NCBI GenBank assembly: GCA_029259695.1
Contig: JAJDEQ010000232.1
Coordinates: 40,171 to 104,170, forward strand
Reading direction: 5' to 3'
From: Planctomycetota bacterium
GTDB lineage: Bacteria > Planctomycetota > B15-G4
DNA: 64,000 nucleotides
Under the pieces are notes generated by a model. That model was not told the origin of the DNA. It searched no databases and worked only from the letters and a program-made list of their open reading frames with translations. Made by a program: the position numbers and the translations under genes. Each line of letters begins with the position of its first letter. The first letter of the stretch is position 1. This document shows, piece by piece, positions 55,601 through 64,000 of this stretch.

Positions 55601-56658
55601 CCACGCCCGCGCCCTCGCGTACGCGGGCGCTGCTCGAGACCCTGCGCGCTCCGCTGCTGCTGTCGCCCACCGCGGACGTGCTCGCGGGGGCCGCCATCGC
55701 CGTTGCCTGGGTCGCACCGGCCGCCACCACGGCCGAGACCGAGACGCGTGGCGTGGGGATCCTGGTCTGCCTCGGGGGTCTCACCTGGAGCGAACTCGCG
55801 CTCCCGCTGTTGTTGGCGGCCTGCTGCGGCACGGCACTGCTCGCTGCCGGCATGGCACAGAACGCCCTGGCCGACCTCGACGACGACCGGGCGCGCAAGC
55901 CGGAGCGGCCGCTCCCCCGCGGCGCCATCAGCGAGGGCTCCGTGCGCACCGTCCAGCGCGCCCTGATCGTGTTCGCCCTGGTGTGCGCCGGCTTGCTGTC
56001 GACCCGAGTGCTCGCTGCGGCCGCCGCGATCCTGCTCGGCAGCTGGCTCTACCACCACCAGCTCAAGCAGTTCCGGGTGCCGGGCTGCATCACCCTGGGC
56101 TGCCTGCGCGGTCTCGACCTGAGCCTCGGCCTCTTCGCGGTGGCTGCCGTGGTCGCAGCCGGCGGTCCGTCGAGCGAGCTGATCGTGGGAGCGGAGGTGA
56201 CGCGGCCATCGCTGTCACTCCAGGGCATCGCGTTGTGGATCCCGGCGGCGCTCTATGCCGCCTACATCGCAGGTGCCTCGCTCCACGCGTCCACCGATGA
56301 CGAGCCGGCCCGCTCGGTCTGGAGCCCGGTGGGTCTCGGCCTGTGCAGCGCGCTGCTCCTGGGCCTGGCGCTGCTCGGCGTCGCCGGCGGCAGCTCCCCT
56401 CGCGGGGGAGTCGACCCGACTACCCAACGCGCGCTGGCTGCCGCCGGCGCGGTGGTGTTCGTGTATGCCCTCGGGCGGCTGATCTCGGCCTGGCGCACCA
56501 AGCCGCCACCGGCGATCACGGGCGCTGCGCTCTCGGGCTTGTATCTCTTCGATGCGGGGCTGTGCCTCGTGTTCGGATCAGCCGCGATCCCCGCCGCCAT
56601 CGCGCTGCTGCTCTTCGGCGCGTCGCGACGCATGCTGCGCACCTTCCCGCCCTCCTGA
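55597..56658 (+). CDS. UbiA-superfamily prenyltransferase-like membrane protein (divergent)
   Basis: ATGA overlap with the rseP stop. Polytopic. NALADLDDDRARKPERPLPRG first Asp-rich motif. The second Asp-rich motif is not obvious. Confidence 0.65.
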   Translation: MTTPAPSRTRALLETLRAPLLLSPTADVLAGAAIAVAWVAPAATTAETETRGVGILVCLGGLTWSELALPLLLAACCGTALLAAGMAQNALADLDDDRARKPERPLPRGAISEGSVRTVQRALIVFALVCAGLLSTRVLAAAAAILLGSWLYHHQLKQFRVPGCITLGCLRGLDLSLGLFAVAAVVAAGGPSSELIVGAEVTRPSLSLQGIALWIPAALYAAYIAGASLHASTDDEPARSVWSPVGLGLCSALLLGLALLGVAGGSSPRGGVDPTTQRALAAAGAVVFVYALGRLISAWRTKPPPAITGAALSGLYLFDAGLCLVFGSAAIPAAIALLLFGASRRMLRTFPPS

Positions 56659-56682
56659 AGGGTGCGGGTGCCACGCTCCGGG

Positions 56683-58008
56683 TCATGCCGAGTCGGGGCG
56701 CTCCCGCCGTGCCTCGCGTGTCAGCCACGCCAGCGCGGCGCGACGGTCGACGAGTGCGCCTTCGAGTTGGAGGTCACCGGCGCGCTGCAACAGCTCACCG
56801 ACCAGCGGCCCCGGCGGCACGCCACACGCGATCACATCCTGCCCCGTGATCAAGGGCGGCGGGATCAGGCTCTCGGCCCGCAGCGCGCGGCGCATGCGCT
56901 GGATCACCGGCAGGGCCGACAACTGCCCGTGGCACGCCTTGCAGTCGGCCCGATACAGGACCATCAGGTCCTCGAAGTGCTCTTCGGCCATCAACCGTCG
57001 CAAGCGCGCAGGCCGCATCTGCGGGACGTTCATGAAGATCAGGTGGTCGCGCACCAGCGCCACCACATGGCGCGTCGATTGCCGCGACATGCGTAGCCGC
57101 GCACAGATCTGCTCCGCCATCTCGGCGCCGAGTTCCACGTGTCCGTCGAAACGGATGCGGTCAGGTGCTCGGCAGAACGTGGGCGGCTTGCCCACGTCGT
57201 GCAGCAACGTGCCCAGGGCAAGTTCGAACGAGACGCGCCGCGGCAGGGCGTCGAGCGCCATGCAGGTGTGGATCCAGACGTCGCCTTCGGGATGGAACTC
57301 AGGCGGCTGCTCGACGCCGTGCATGGCGGTGATCTCGGGCAGGATCACGGCCAACAGGCCGGTGTCGTCCAGGAGTTCGAGCGCGCGGCGACGGCACGCG
57401 GACACCAGCATGCGGGCCAGCTCCTCCCGCACCCGCTCGCCCGAGATGCGCCGCAGACCCTCGGCCCCGGCCTGCATGGCCGCGCGCGTCCCGGACTCGA
57501 TCTCGAAATCGAGCGTGGCCGCGAATCGCACTGCCCGCAGGAGCCGCAGTCCGTCCTCCCGGAAACGCAGGGCCGGGTCGCCGATGGCGCGCACCAGACG
57601 GCGCTCGAGATCGACCCGCCCCCCCACGAGATCCTGGATCGCACCATCGAACGGACCCTCCACCAGACCGTTGATCGTGAAATCGCGTCGCTGCACGTCC
57701 TCGGCCAGGGTCGCCGCCACGATGGCCGCCGGCCTGCGCCCGTCTCCGATGCCCACGTCCTGACGGAAGGTCGCCACGTCGTAGGTCTCGCCTTGCCAGA
57801 CCACCTTCACGACACCGAAGGCCTCACCCACCAGCAGGGTGCGTTCGAAGAGCCGGGCCACCTCCTCGGGCGTCGCCGAGGTGGCGATGTCCACGTCTCC
57901 CCCGCGGCGTCGCAGCAGCTTGTCGCGCACCGCTCCTCCGGCGAAGACCACCTCGTGTCCCGCATCGCGCAGGATCCTCGCGATGCGCCGTGCCTCACGC
58001 CGCGACAT
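56683..58008 (-). CDS. cca: CCA-adding tRNA nucleotidyltransferase / poly(A) polymerase family with HD domain
   Basis: Start trimmed to ATG 58008. FAGGAVRDKLL, GDVDIATSA, RRDFTINGL, HD motif LLHDVGKP. Confidence 0.88.
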   Translation of the reverse strand: MSRREARRIARILRDAGHEVVFAGGAVRDKLLRRRGGDVDIATSATPEEVARLFERTLLVGEAFGVVKVVWQGETYDVATFRQDVGIGDGRRPAAIVAATLAEDVQRRDFTINGLVEGPFDGAIQDLVGGRVDLERRLVRAIGDPALRFREDGLRLLRAVRFAATLDFEIESGTRAAMQAGAEGLRRISGERVREELARMLVSACRRRALELLDDTGLLAVILPEITAMHGVEQPPEFHPEGDVWIHTCMALDALPRRVSFELALGTLLHDVGKPPTFCRAPDRIRFDGHVELGAEMAEQICARLRMSRQSTRHVVALVRDHLIFMNVPQMRPARLRRLMAEEHFEDLMVLYRADCKACHGQLSALPVIQRMRRALRAESLIPPPLITGQDVIACGVPPGPLVGELLQRAGDLQLEGALVDRRAALAWLTREARRERPDSA

Positions 58009-58111
58009 GCAACACTCCCCACCTGATCCGCCTGGCCCCGAACCCCGCGCCCGCGGACGTCCCACACCGGTGCGAGCCGGACGCCGGGGTTGCGGCGCGC
58101 GGGTTGCTAGG

Positions 58112-58687
58112 ATGGCCGCTCGACTCCATCGGAACCTCGATCACTCGGCGTTTGCACCCATGACCCGTCACGCGGGCCTGATCATCATCATCCTGCTGGC
58201 GCTGGTCGGCGTAAGCCTGCGCTGGTGGACCTATGAGCGTACGGATCGGCTGCTGGCCGGGGAGGCCCGGGCCCTGGAGACGTTCATGGCCCTGCACGAG
58301 GCCTCGCAGGCGATCGTCGACGCCGGCCGGCCGCACCCCGGACTCGCCGCCCTGCTCGACGCGGGACCGGACCTGGAACTGCTCGAGACCGAGAGCAGCG
58401 TCGGCCACAGCTACGCGCGTGACGACGTGTACATGTACGGTCTCGCCACCCGCGACATCGTCAACGAGGACGTGCGGACCTACGGGTACATCCTGCGCGC
58501 CTGGCCCCGCGAGTTCGGGAGCACCGGCGACCAGGAGTACCACATCCAACAAGATGGCCGGCTCTGGCTCGGAGCCAACGAACGCGGGCGCAGCGGGATC
58601 GAGCGGGGCTTCCCGCCGATGTTCCCCGACCCGCTGCTGGGCAAGCGCAAGGTCGCGTGGTGGCTCGCGGAACCCGATCAACCGTAG
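58112..58687 (+). CDS. Hypothetical membrane-anchored protein
   Basis: Last about 190 aa of ORF 57839..58687. TM LIIIILLALVGVSL. The start could be ATG 58112 or 58160. No recognised family. Confidence 0.55.
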   Translation: MAARLHRNLDHSAFAPMTRHAGLIIIILLALVGVSLRWWTYERTDRLLAGEARALETFMALHEASQAIVDAGRPHPGLAALLDAGPDLELLETESSVGHSYARDDVYMYGLATRDIVNEDVRTYGYILRAWPREFGSTGDQEYHIQQDGRLWLGANERGRSGIERGFPPMFPDPLLGKRKVAWWLAEPDQP

Positions 58688-58724
58688 ATCCGGTGCGCGG
58701 GCGAGCGGCGGCCGACACCTCGGC

Positions 58725-60350
58725 TCACAGGTAGTTCCAGTAGAGCAGCCGGGCCCGCACCGACACGGCCGGATCGCCGAGTTCCGCCACCACGAGGCGC
58801 AACGTGTCGGCGCGCGGACCGTCGGACAAGCGGGCGATGGTGTCGATCGCCTCGGCGCGAACCGCCGGCAGCGTGTCCGGGTCGAGGATCAAGCGCTCCA
58901 GTTGGGGCAGCGCGGAGCCCACGCGCAACTGCCCCGCCGTGTGGACGTAGAGCAGATCGGCCAGCGGCTGCCCGAGCTCCTGGCCCAGGCGCTCCAGGCC
59001 AGCTTCCCCCAGGCGCGGCAGGAGCGGCACGAGAGCGTTCGCCTGTTCGGCTGACTCGGGTGCACCGGCCAGCACGATCTCGACGATCGGGTCGACGGCG
59101 TCGTCCGGGGAGATGTGCGCCAACAACCTCAACAGCAACACGCGATCCACCGCGTGCAGCCCGGGAGCGGCCAGGCGATCCCGCGCGATCTGCGCGAACT
59201 GTTCGCCCTCGACGTGAGGCGCCTGGATGACCCGGTCGATGACCTGGCTGAGCGCCCCGCCCAACTCGCGCTGGAGCTCGGCGCGCGTGTGCTCGACGAC
59301 CCGCGGAAAGCCACGGGCGAAGCAAGCGCTGGCCGCTTCGAGGAACAACACGGGGTCCCGCCCCAGGGCCATCTGCTCCAGCAGCGTGGCAGCTTCCGGT
59401 GCGCTCGCGTCGCCGGTGTCCACCGAGAGCATGAACAGCTTGATCAGCGGCCGGCGCACATGCGGGCCGCTGGTGTGCACCATCGTCGCCCACGACTCCA
59501 CGCCGAGGAAGACGCCCGCAGCCAGGCACGCCTTCACGGCGTTGGACCGGGCCAGGTCTTCCTCCTCGAAGAAGATGTGCTCGACCTTTTCGATGGCGTC
59601 CGCGTCGCGGCGGGCGAGTTGCACCGTGATCGCGGTCCACCAGGCGGTCTCCGAACCCTCGTCGCGCAAGCGCTCGAGGATCGCATCGACCCGCGGCACG
59701 AGGCGCTCGTCCTCGATGCCCGCCAACGCCATGACGTAGGTCACATTGGGGTCGGCGGCGCCGCTCTCGAGTTGCTCCAGCAAGAGTTCCAGCGCCTCGG
59801 GGTCACCCCGCCCGGCACGCAGCGCCAGGGCCGAACGGGCGTGGTTGCGCACGGTGTCGTCGGGATCGTCGAGGCGTGGGAAGATGCCCACCAGCGCCTC
59901 CTCGTCCGGGTGCACCGCCAGCAAGCGCAGCGCCTCGGCGGCGATCAGCCCACTCTCCGAGTACGCGCGGCGCACCAGTTCGTCCAGCACGCCGGGATGG
60001 CCCAGATCGGCCTGACCCAGCAGCCGCAGCAGCTTGGCCACGGGGACGGCGCTGCGGGGCCCCAGGCGAGAGAGCCGGGCGAGGATCTCGGCCGCCAGCG
60101 GCTGCCCCGACTCGACCAGCTTCTCCGCTGCCCGGGCCGCCGCCCGATGGCCGGCCCAGAAGAGCCGATCGAAGTCCCGCCCCACGGGGTCCAGCTCATC
60201 CAGCGCCCACTGGGGCGGCTCCACCAGATCGAGCGGCGCGAACTCGAGCGGCAACGCGGGCAGCGGGCGAGCGCGCTCGCGCTGAGGCAACAGGAAGACC
60301 AGGGCGGCGAGCAGGCCGATGGCCACGAGGGGGACGGACGACGTGCGCAT
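58725..60350 (-). CDS. HEAT/ARM-like helical repeat protein with N-terminal TM/signal
   Basis: Start trimmed to ATG 60350 (MRTSSVPLVAIGLLAALVFLL) with GGAG upstream. Leu/Ala/Arg/Asp-rich helical repeats (DDPDDTVRNHARSALAL etc.). Confidence 0.7.
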   Translation of the reverse strand: MRTSSVPLVAIGLLAALVFLLPQRERARPLPALPLEFAPLDLVEPPQWALDELDPVGRDFDRLFWAGHRAAARAAEKLVESGQPLAAEILARLSRLGPRSAVPVAKLLRLLGQADLGHPGVLDELVRRAYSESGLIAAEALRLLAVHPDEEALVGIFPRLDDPDDTVRNHARSALALRAGRGDPEALELLLEQLESGAADPNVTYVMALAGIEDERLVPRVDAILERLRDEGSETAWWTAITVQLARRDADAIEKVEHIFFEEEDLARSNAVKACLAAGVFLGVESWATMVHTSGPHVRRPLIKLFMLSVDTGDASAPEAATLLEQMALGRDPVLFLEAASACFARGFPRVVEHTRAELQRELGGALSQVIDRVIQAPHVEGEQFAQIARDRLAAPGLHAVDRVLLLRLLAHISPDDAVDPIVEIVLAGAPESAEQANALVPLLPRLGEAGLERLGQELGQPLADLLYVHTAGQLRVGSALPQLERLILDPDTLPAVRAEAIDTIARLSDGPRADTLRLVVAELGDPAVSVRARLLYWNYL

Positions 60351-60457
60351 GAGACTCCAGCCTAACGAACAGTCACCTCGACGAGAGCGGTCGCTAGACG
60401 AGGCCGTCGGGCCGTTTCCGGCGCGGGTGACTCGCACCACCACCCGCTCCCGCGGCT

Positions 60458-60486
60458 TTGACACCCCCACCAGCCCTTGATACCTT
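60458..60486 (+). promoter_or_regulatory. Candidate sigma70 promoter with extended -10
   Basis: TTGACA (60458-60463), 17-nt spacer ending in TGa, TACCTT (60481-60486). About 30 nt upstream of ATG 60517. Confidence 0.45.
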
Positions 60487-60516
60487 CCTGCGGCCCGCAA
60501 CCCAGGGAACCGGAAC

Positions 60517-60744
60517 ATGGCACGGAACCATCGCGTCGCCCTCGTGATCGCACTCTGCGTCGCCCTCGGCGCCTGCGTCTCTCCCTTCTCCACGCATGCC
60601 GAGGACCACTGGGACAAGTTCTCGAAGGATGCTGAGCAGGTCCACCGCAAGTGGGACCGCTACTTCCTGAACCTCGACTGGGACGACCCCTACCACGACT
60701 GGCACGACGAGTCGTTCGCGCGGGGCCCGATGCAGCGCCGCTGA
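60517..60744 (+). CDS. Small (75 aa) Trp/Asp/His-rich lipoprotein, hypothetical
   Basis: Lipobox VALGAC. Strong G/C-ending codon bias. Own promoter. Mature part HWDKFSKDAEQVHRKWDRYFLNLDWDDPYHDWHDESF. Confidence 0.55.
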   Translation: MARNHRVALVIALCVALGACVSPFSTHAEDHWDKFSKDAEQVHRKWDRYFLNLDWDDPYHDWHDESFARGPMQRR

Positions 60745-61937
60745 GTCCCGGACCGATTCGCGCCCTGCTCCCTCCTGCTGGTCCTGTCGCCGATGGCGGC
60801 AACTGCCCCGATCTCCGGCCCGCTGCAAGCGCGCGGGCTCGCGGGGCGTGCTCGTCCCGCCGCGACGCCCCGCAACTGGGCGCGATCCTGCTGGTGACCC
60901 TCGCGGCCCTGCTGCCGCTCCCGGCGTGCGGCACGCTCTCCCGCGCCGCCGTGGCGGACCAGGCCGCCTACGACGCTGAGCTGGACGACGACGCGCTGGC
61001 ACGACTGCGCGGGGCCGAACCGCTGGTGCCCGCGACCTGGGGCGCGTCCCTCGAGCGCGCCGGGGATCCCCAGACCGCCTCGGTCACGCTCGGGCGGGCG
61101 TTGGAGTTCATGCCCGACTTCCCGCCGCTCCTGGTCGGCCGGGTCCAGTTGCTGGGCGAGCTGGGTCGCCATGAAGAACAGGTGGCGGCAGCGCGCGACG
61201 CCCTCGCGACGCAGCAGCGGACCCCGACGCGCGGCGCCCTGCGCTGGTTGCTGGTGGACGGGCTGCTGGCCCGCTCCGACCCCGATGCCGCCCGGGTCGA
61301 GGCCCTCGCCATGGGCGCAGCGGGCGACTCGACGCCGGCCGATCTCGCTCAGGTCTACGCCCGCATCGCCCTCGCCTACGAAGTCCTGGGACGCCCGGCG
61401 GACGCCGACGAGGCCCTCGACCAGAGCCTCGACCTGGGCCCGATGGGGACCGTGCGCCTCGGTCAGGAACTCGAGCGCCAACCGGCGCACCGGGCCGCGG
61501 TGACCGAACTCGTCACCCGCGCACGGGCCCGCCACGAGGACCACCCGGACCTGATCCTGTTGTCCGTGGGAACGGACCTCGCCGCGGGGCGCTTCGAATC
61601 CGCTGAACAGCAACTCGCACAGATCTCCGACCCGTACCCCAGGCGACTGCGAGTCCAGATCGGCCTCCTGCAGGCACGCCTGGACGTCCAGGCCGGACGC
61701 TACGACGACGCCTGGGACCTGCTCAGGCGCCGCCTCGACGCGGTCCCGGCCGACCCGGGCGCGCTGTTGATCCTGCTCGAGTGCCAGGGCCGCGGCGGCG
61801 TCCCCAGCGACGACGAGCTGCGCGCGCGGTTGCTGCGCGCGCGACCACGCCTCACGGTCGTGCCCTCCCTGGCCCGGATGGTGGACGCGGTCCTCGAACA
61901 GCTGGGACCCGCCACCCCGCCGCCGACCGCCCCCTGA
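60651..61937 (+). CDS. TPR-like helical-repeat lipoprotein (start unresolved, possible N-terminal frameshift)
   Basis: Lipobox LLPLPACG at about 60910-60930. The only in-frame starts are GTG 60651 (overlaps the small ORF by 94 nt) and GTG 60894 (inside the signal peptide). A well-placed ATG at 60793 is in the +1 frame. Confidence 0.55.
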   Translation: MGPLLPEPRLGRPLPRLARRVVRAGPDAAPLSPGPIRALLPPAGPVADGGNCPDLRPAASARARGACSSRRDAPQLGAILLVTLAALLPLPACGTLSRAAVADQAAYDAELDDDALARLRGAEPLVPATWGASLERAGDPQTASVTLGRALEFMPDFPPLLVGRVQLLGELGRHEEQVAAARDALATQQRTPTRGALRWLLVDGLLARSDPDAARVEALAMGAAGDSTPADLAQVYARIALAYEVLGRPADADEALDQSLDLGPMGTVRLGQELERQPAHRAAVTELVTRARARHEDHPDLILLSVGTDLAAGRFESAEQQLAQISDPYPRRLRVQIGLLQARLDVQAGRYDDAWDLLRRRLDAVPADPGALLILLECQGRGGVPSDDELRARLLRARPRLTVVPSLARMVDAVLEQLGPATPPPTAP

Positions 61938-61949
61938 TCCCACAACGGC

Positions 61950-62864
61950 TCAGGACCACTCCAGCGCTCGCTCCACCAGGTCGACCTGGTCTTCCCACGG
62001 CAGCTCCGGCGTGACGTCGACCCAGCGCACCTCGGGGAAGGTGGCCAGGAAGATGCGCTGCTTGCGCACGAGCTGCCGCGTGCGCACCGCGATGCGCTCG
62101 ATCATCGCCGGCAGCGGCAGGCGACCCGCGAGGTGCTCGAGCGCTTCGGCATAGCCGATGGCCCGACCGGGCTCGGGCGCAAACGGTGCGCGCCCCGCGA
62201 GGGTGGCGACTTCCTCCAGCAAGCCGTCCTGCACCATGCGCTCCACTCGCGCGAGGATGCGGGTCTGGTGGGACGACGTGTCGTGCCGCAGCGCCGCGAC
62301 GACGAAGTCGCCTGGGACCGGTCGTTCGGTGTGCTCGCGCTGCCATGTGGTCAGCGCACGCCCCGTGAGCCGGTGGACCTCGAGGGCGCGCAGGAGCCGC
62401 TTCCGATCCCCCGGCAACAACCGGCGCTCGGCGTCGGGATCCACCTGCGCGAGCTCGGCGCGCACGACCGATTCGCCGCGCTGCTCCCAGAGCGCGTCGA
62501 GCGCGGTGCGCAGCTCCGGATCGGCCGCCGGGCCGCGAAACAGCCCGCGCAGCAGCAGGCGCAGGTAGAACGGCGTCCCTCCTGCGAACAGGACCTCGGC
62601 TGGAGCACGCTCGACGGCAGCGCGCGCCGCGTCCGCCCAGCGCCCGGCGGAGAAGGACTCGTCGTGCCCCACGAGATCGAGCAACTCGAAGGGCACGTCG
62701 GCACGCAGCGCGGGGCCGGGCTTGTCCGTTCCGATGTCCATGCCCCGATAGACCTTCATCGAGTCCATCGACAGGACCGGCGTGCCATGGCGCCGGAACA
62801 GCTCGGCCGCCAGGAGCTTCTTGCCGCTCGCCGTCCCCCCGACGAGCACCCGGTGCAGCGTCAC
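61950..62864 (-). CDS. miaA: tRNA dimethylallyltransferase
   Basis: GTG start. P-loop GGTASGKK, DSMKVYRGMDIGTDKP, GGTPFYLRLLL. Confidence 0.88.
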   Translation of the reverse strand: MTLHRVLVGGTASGKKLLAAELFRRHGTPVLSMDSMKVYRGMDIGTDKPGPALRADVPFELLDLVGHDESFSAGRWADAARAAVERAPAEVLFAGGTPFYLRLLLRGLFRGPAADPELRTALDALWEQRGESVVRAELAQVDPDAERRLLPGDRKRLLRALEVHRLTGRALTTWQREHTERPVPGDFVVAALRHDTSSHQTRILARVERMVQDGLLEEVATLAGRAPFAPEPGRAIGYAEALEHLAGRLPLPAMIERIAVRTRQLVRKQRIFLATFPEVRWVDVTPELPWEDQVDLVERALEWS

Positions 62865-62877
62865 GGGACTGCCCGCA

Positions 62878-64000
62878 TCACGCAGTCGCCGGCATCACGG
62901 TGGCGGTGGCCATGGCGTCGTCGCGCACGTGTTCGGTCAGCCGTGCCTGGAGTCCCTCGGGCGTGAGTTCATCGATGAGTTCGAGCGCGGCGAACGGCGG
63001 CAGGCCACGGAAGCAGTCGGTGATCAGCCCGTGCGCGACGTTCTCGGACGAGTCGAGGCCGCGCAGCAGCCCGCCCAGCACCTTGTTGCGGATGCGTCCC
63101 AGGGCGCCGGCGTCCACTCCGTCGCGAACGGCGCCTGCGAACACCGCTCGCACCCGCTCTTCGAGGCGTTCGGGCACGTCCGTGTCCCCGCCCAGGGTGC
63201 TGAAGCCGAAGGTCTCTTCGGCGCTGTAGCTCACCCCGAAGGTCTCATCGACGATGCCGTCGTCGTAGAGGGCTTCGAACGCGGGCGACGACCGGCCGAA
63301 CAGCAGGTCGAGCAACACCCGCGTCGCCAGCTCACGCCGCAGCAATTCGCGGCTGCCCCCGCCCACGATCGTCTCCTTGATGCCGAGCATCCAACGCGGG
63401 CGTGCCACCGGCAGACGCTCCTCGAAGTGCTCGCGGAAGCGGCCCGGCGGTTCGTCAGCCACCACGCGTTCGTGGGCGGGCCGGGTATCGACCGGGCGTT
63501 GGGACTGATCGCGCATCACCCGCTCGACCACGGCGTCGCCCGACATGGCCCCCGACACGACCAGGCACATGTTGCGCGGGTGGTAGAACAGGTCGTAGCA
63601 GCGTCGGAGGGTGGCGGCATCGATCTCGGCGATCGACTCCACCGTGCCCGCGATGTTGTCGCGCACCGGGTGCCGTTGGTAGAGGCACTCCATCAAGCCG
63701 AAGAAGATGCGCCAATCCGGGTCGTCGTCGTACATCCGGATTTCCTGGGCGATGATGCCCTGCTCCTTGGCCACCAGTTCGTCAGTGAACCAGGGGTCCT
63801 GCACGAAGCCCAGCAGCAGGTCGAGACAGGGCCCCGCCTCGGCCACGGCCGACATGATGTAGGTCGTGCCGCAGAACCCGGTCATGGCGTTGGTCGAGGC
63901 GCCCAGTTCGGCGAAGCGATCGGACACGTCACCGTGCTGGTCCTCGAACAACTTGTGCTCCAGGAAGTGCGCCAGGCCCTCCGGGACGGGGCGGCCGTCC
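62878..64000 (-). CDS. M16 (pitrilysin/insulinase) family peptidase, 5' end beyond window
   Basis: Translation continues upstream of the track start to the window edge: GRPVPEGLAHFLEHKLFEDQHG contains the inverted zinc motif HxxEH. Confidence 0.85.
   Translation of the reverse strand, partial: DGRPVPEGLAHFLEHKLFEDQHGDVSDRFAELGASTNAMTGFCGTTYIMSAVAEAGPCLDLLLGFVQDPWFTDELVAKEQGIIAQEIRMYDDDPDWRIFFGLMECLYQRHPVRDNIAGTVESIAEIDAATLRRCYDLFYHPRNMCLVVSGAMSGDAVVERVMRDQSQRPVDTRPAHERVVADEPPGRFREHFEERLPVARPRWMLGIKETIVGGGSRELLRRELATRVLLDLLFGRSSPAFEALYDDGIVDETFGVSYSAEETFGFSTLGGDTDVPERLEERVRAVFAGAVRDGVDAGALGRIRNKVLGGLLRGLDSSENVAHGLITDCFRGLPPFAALELIDELTPEGLQARLTEHVRDDAMATATVMPATA

Noticed and set aside
1-64000. 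tRNA, rRNA, tmRNA, RNase P or SRP RNA genes in the larger intergenic gaps
   Set aside because: I read the 16 gaps longer than 150 nt and saw no cloverleaf-compatible acceptor/T-arm pairs or conserved RNA cores. This is a visual check only and should be confirmed with tRNAscan-SE and Infernal.

Overview
This is a very GC-rich (by eye about 70% G+C), gene-dense bacterial chromosomal segment. I call 53 protein-coding genes, two of them truncated by the window edges. I found no rRNA, tRNA, CRISPR array, transposase, integrase or prophage genes. All family calls come from motifs read in the supplied translations and from my own translation of the DNA; no database search was possible.

The high GC content produces many long antisense shadow ORFs (up to 1052 aa), which I rejected. 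Several starts were trimmed to internal ATG/GTG/TTG codons that fit signal peptides, ribosome-binding sites, or 4-nt stop/start overlaps. Translational coupling through GTGA/ATGA overlaps is common: 5111-5114, 7794-7797, 17165-17168, 29695-29698, 46234-46237 and 55597-55600.

Content:
- **Housekeeping:** hemH, asnS, purM, dxr, rseP, cca, miaA and rarA.
- **Transport and thiol genes:** a GldA/F/G-type ABC exporter operon with a DUF4340 gene, an egtBD ergothioneine pair and a bacilliredoxin.
- **Secreted hydrolases:** a CRTAC1-like FG-GAP protein, a sulfatase, a DUF885 protein and a PHP metallohydrolase.
- **Other operons and neighbourhoods:** an arginase / glutamate-type symporter / GT-C operon, and an LPS-core-like neighbourhood (tandem Kdo/WaaP kinase, GT4, inositol-phosphate synthase).
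- **Single genes:** an orphan PilT-like ATPase and a B12-binding radical SAM enzyme.

The least explained, most system-like stretch is 42.9-50.8 kb. It starts with an AT-rich island carrying a near-consensus promoter and an orphan 78-aa Sm-like ORF, followed by a long structured spacer and a compositionally distinct secreted HEAT-repeat protein. Converging on these is an operon of a secreted esterase-like protein lacking its nucleophile, a membrane-fused spermidine-synthase-like protein and a tail-anchored TPR protein, with another TPR gene upstream. None of these can be assigned a function from sequence alone.

Other notable points:
- A PDZ-like insertion in the first loop of the DAACS symporter.
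- A tandem two-domain LPS kinase.
- A QueD-like protein without the catalytic Cys.
- A sulfatase with a CxAxR core.
- An 11-nt homopolymer inside algH/yqgE.
- A lipoprotein gene whose natural ATG is out of frame.
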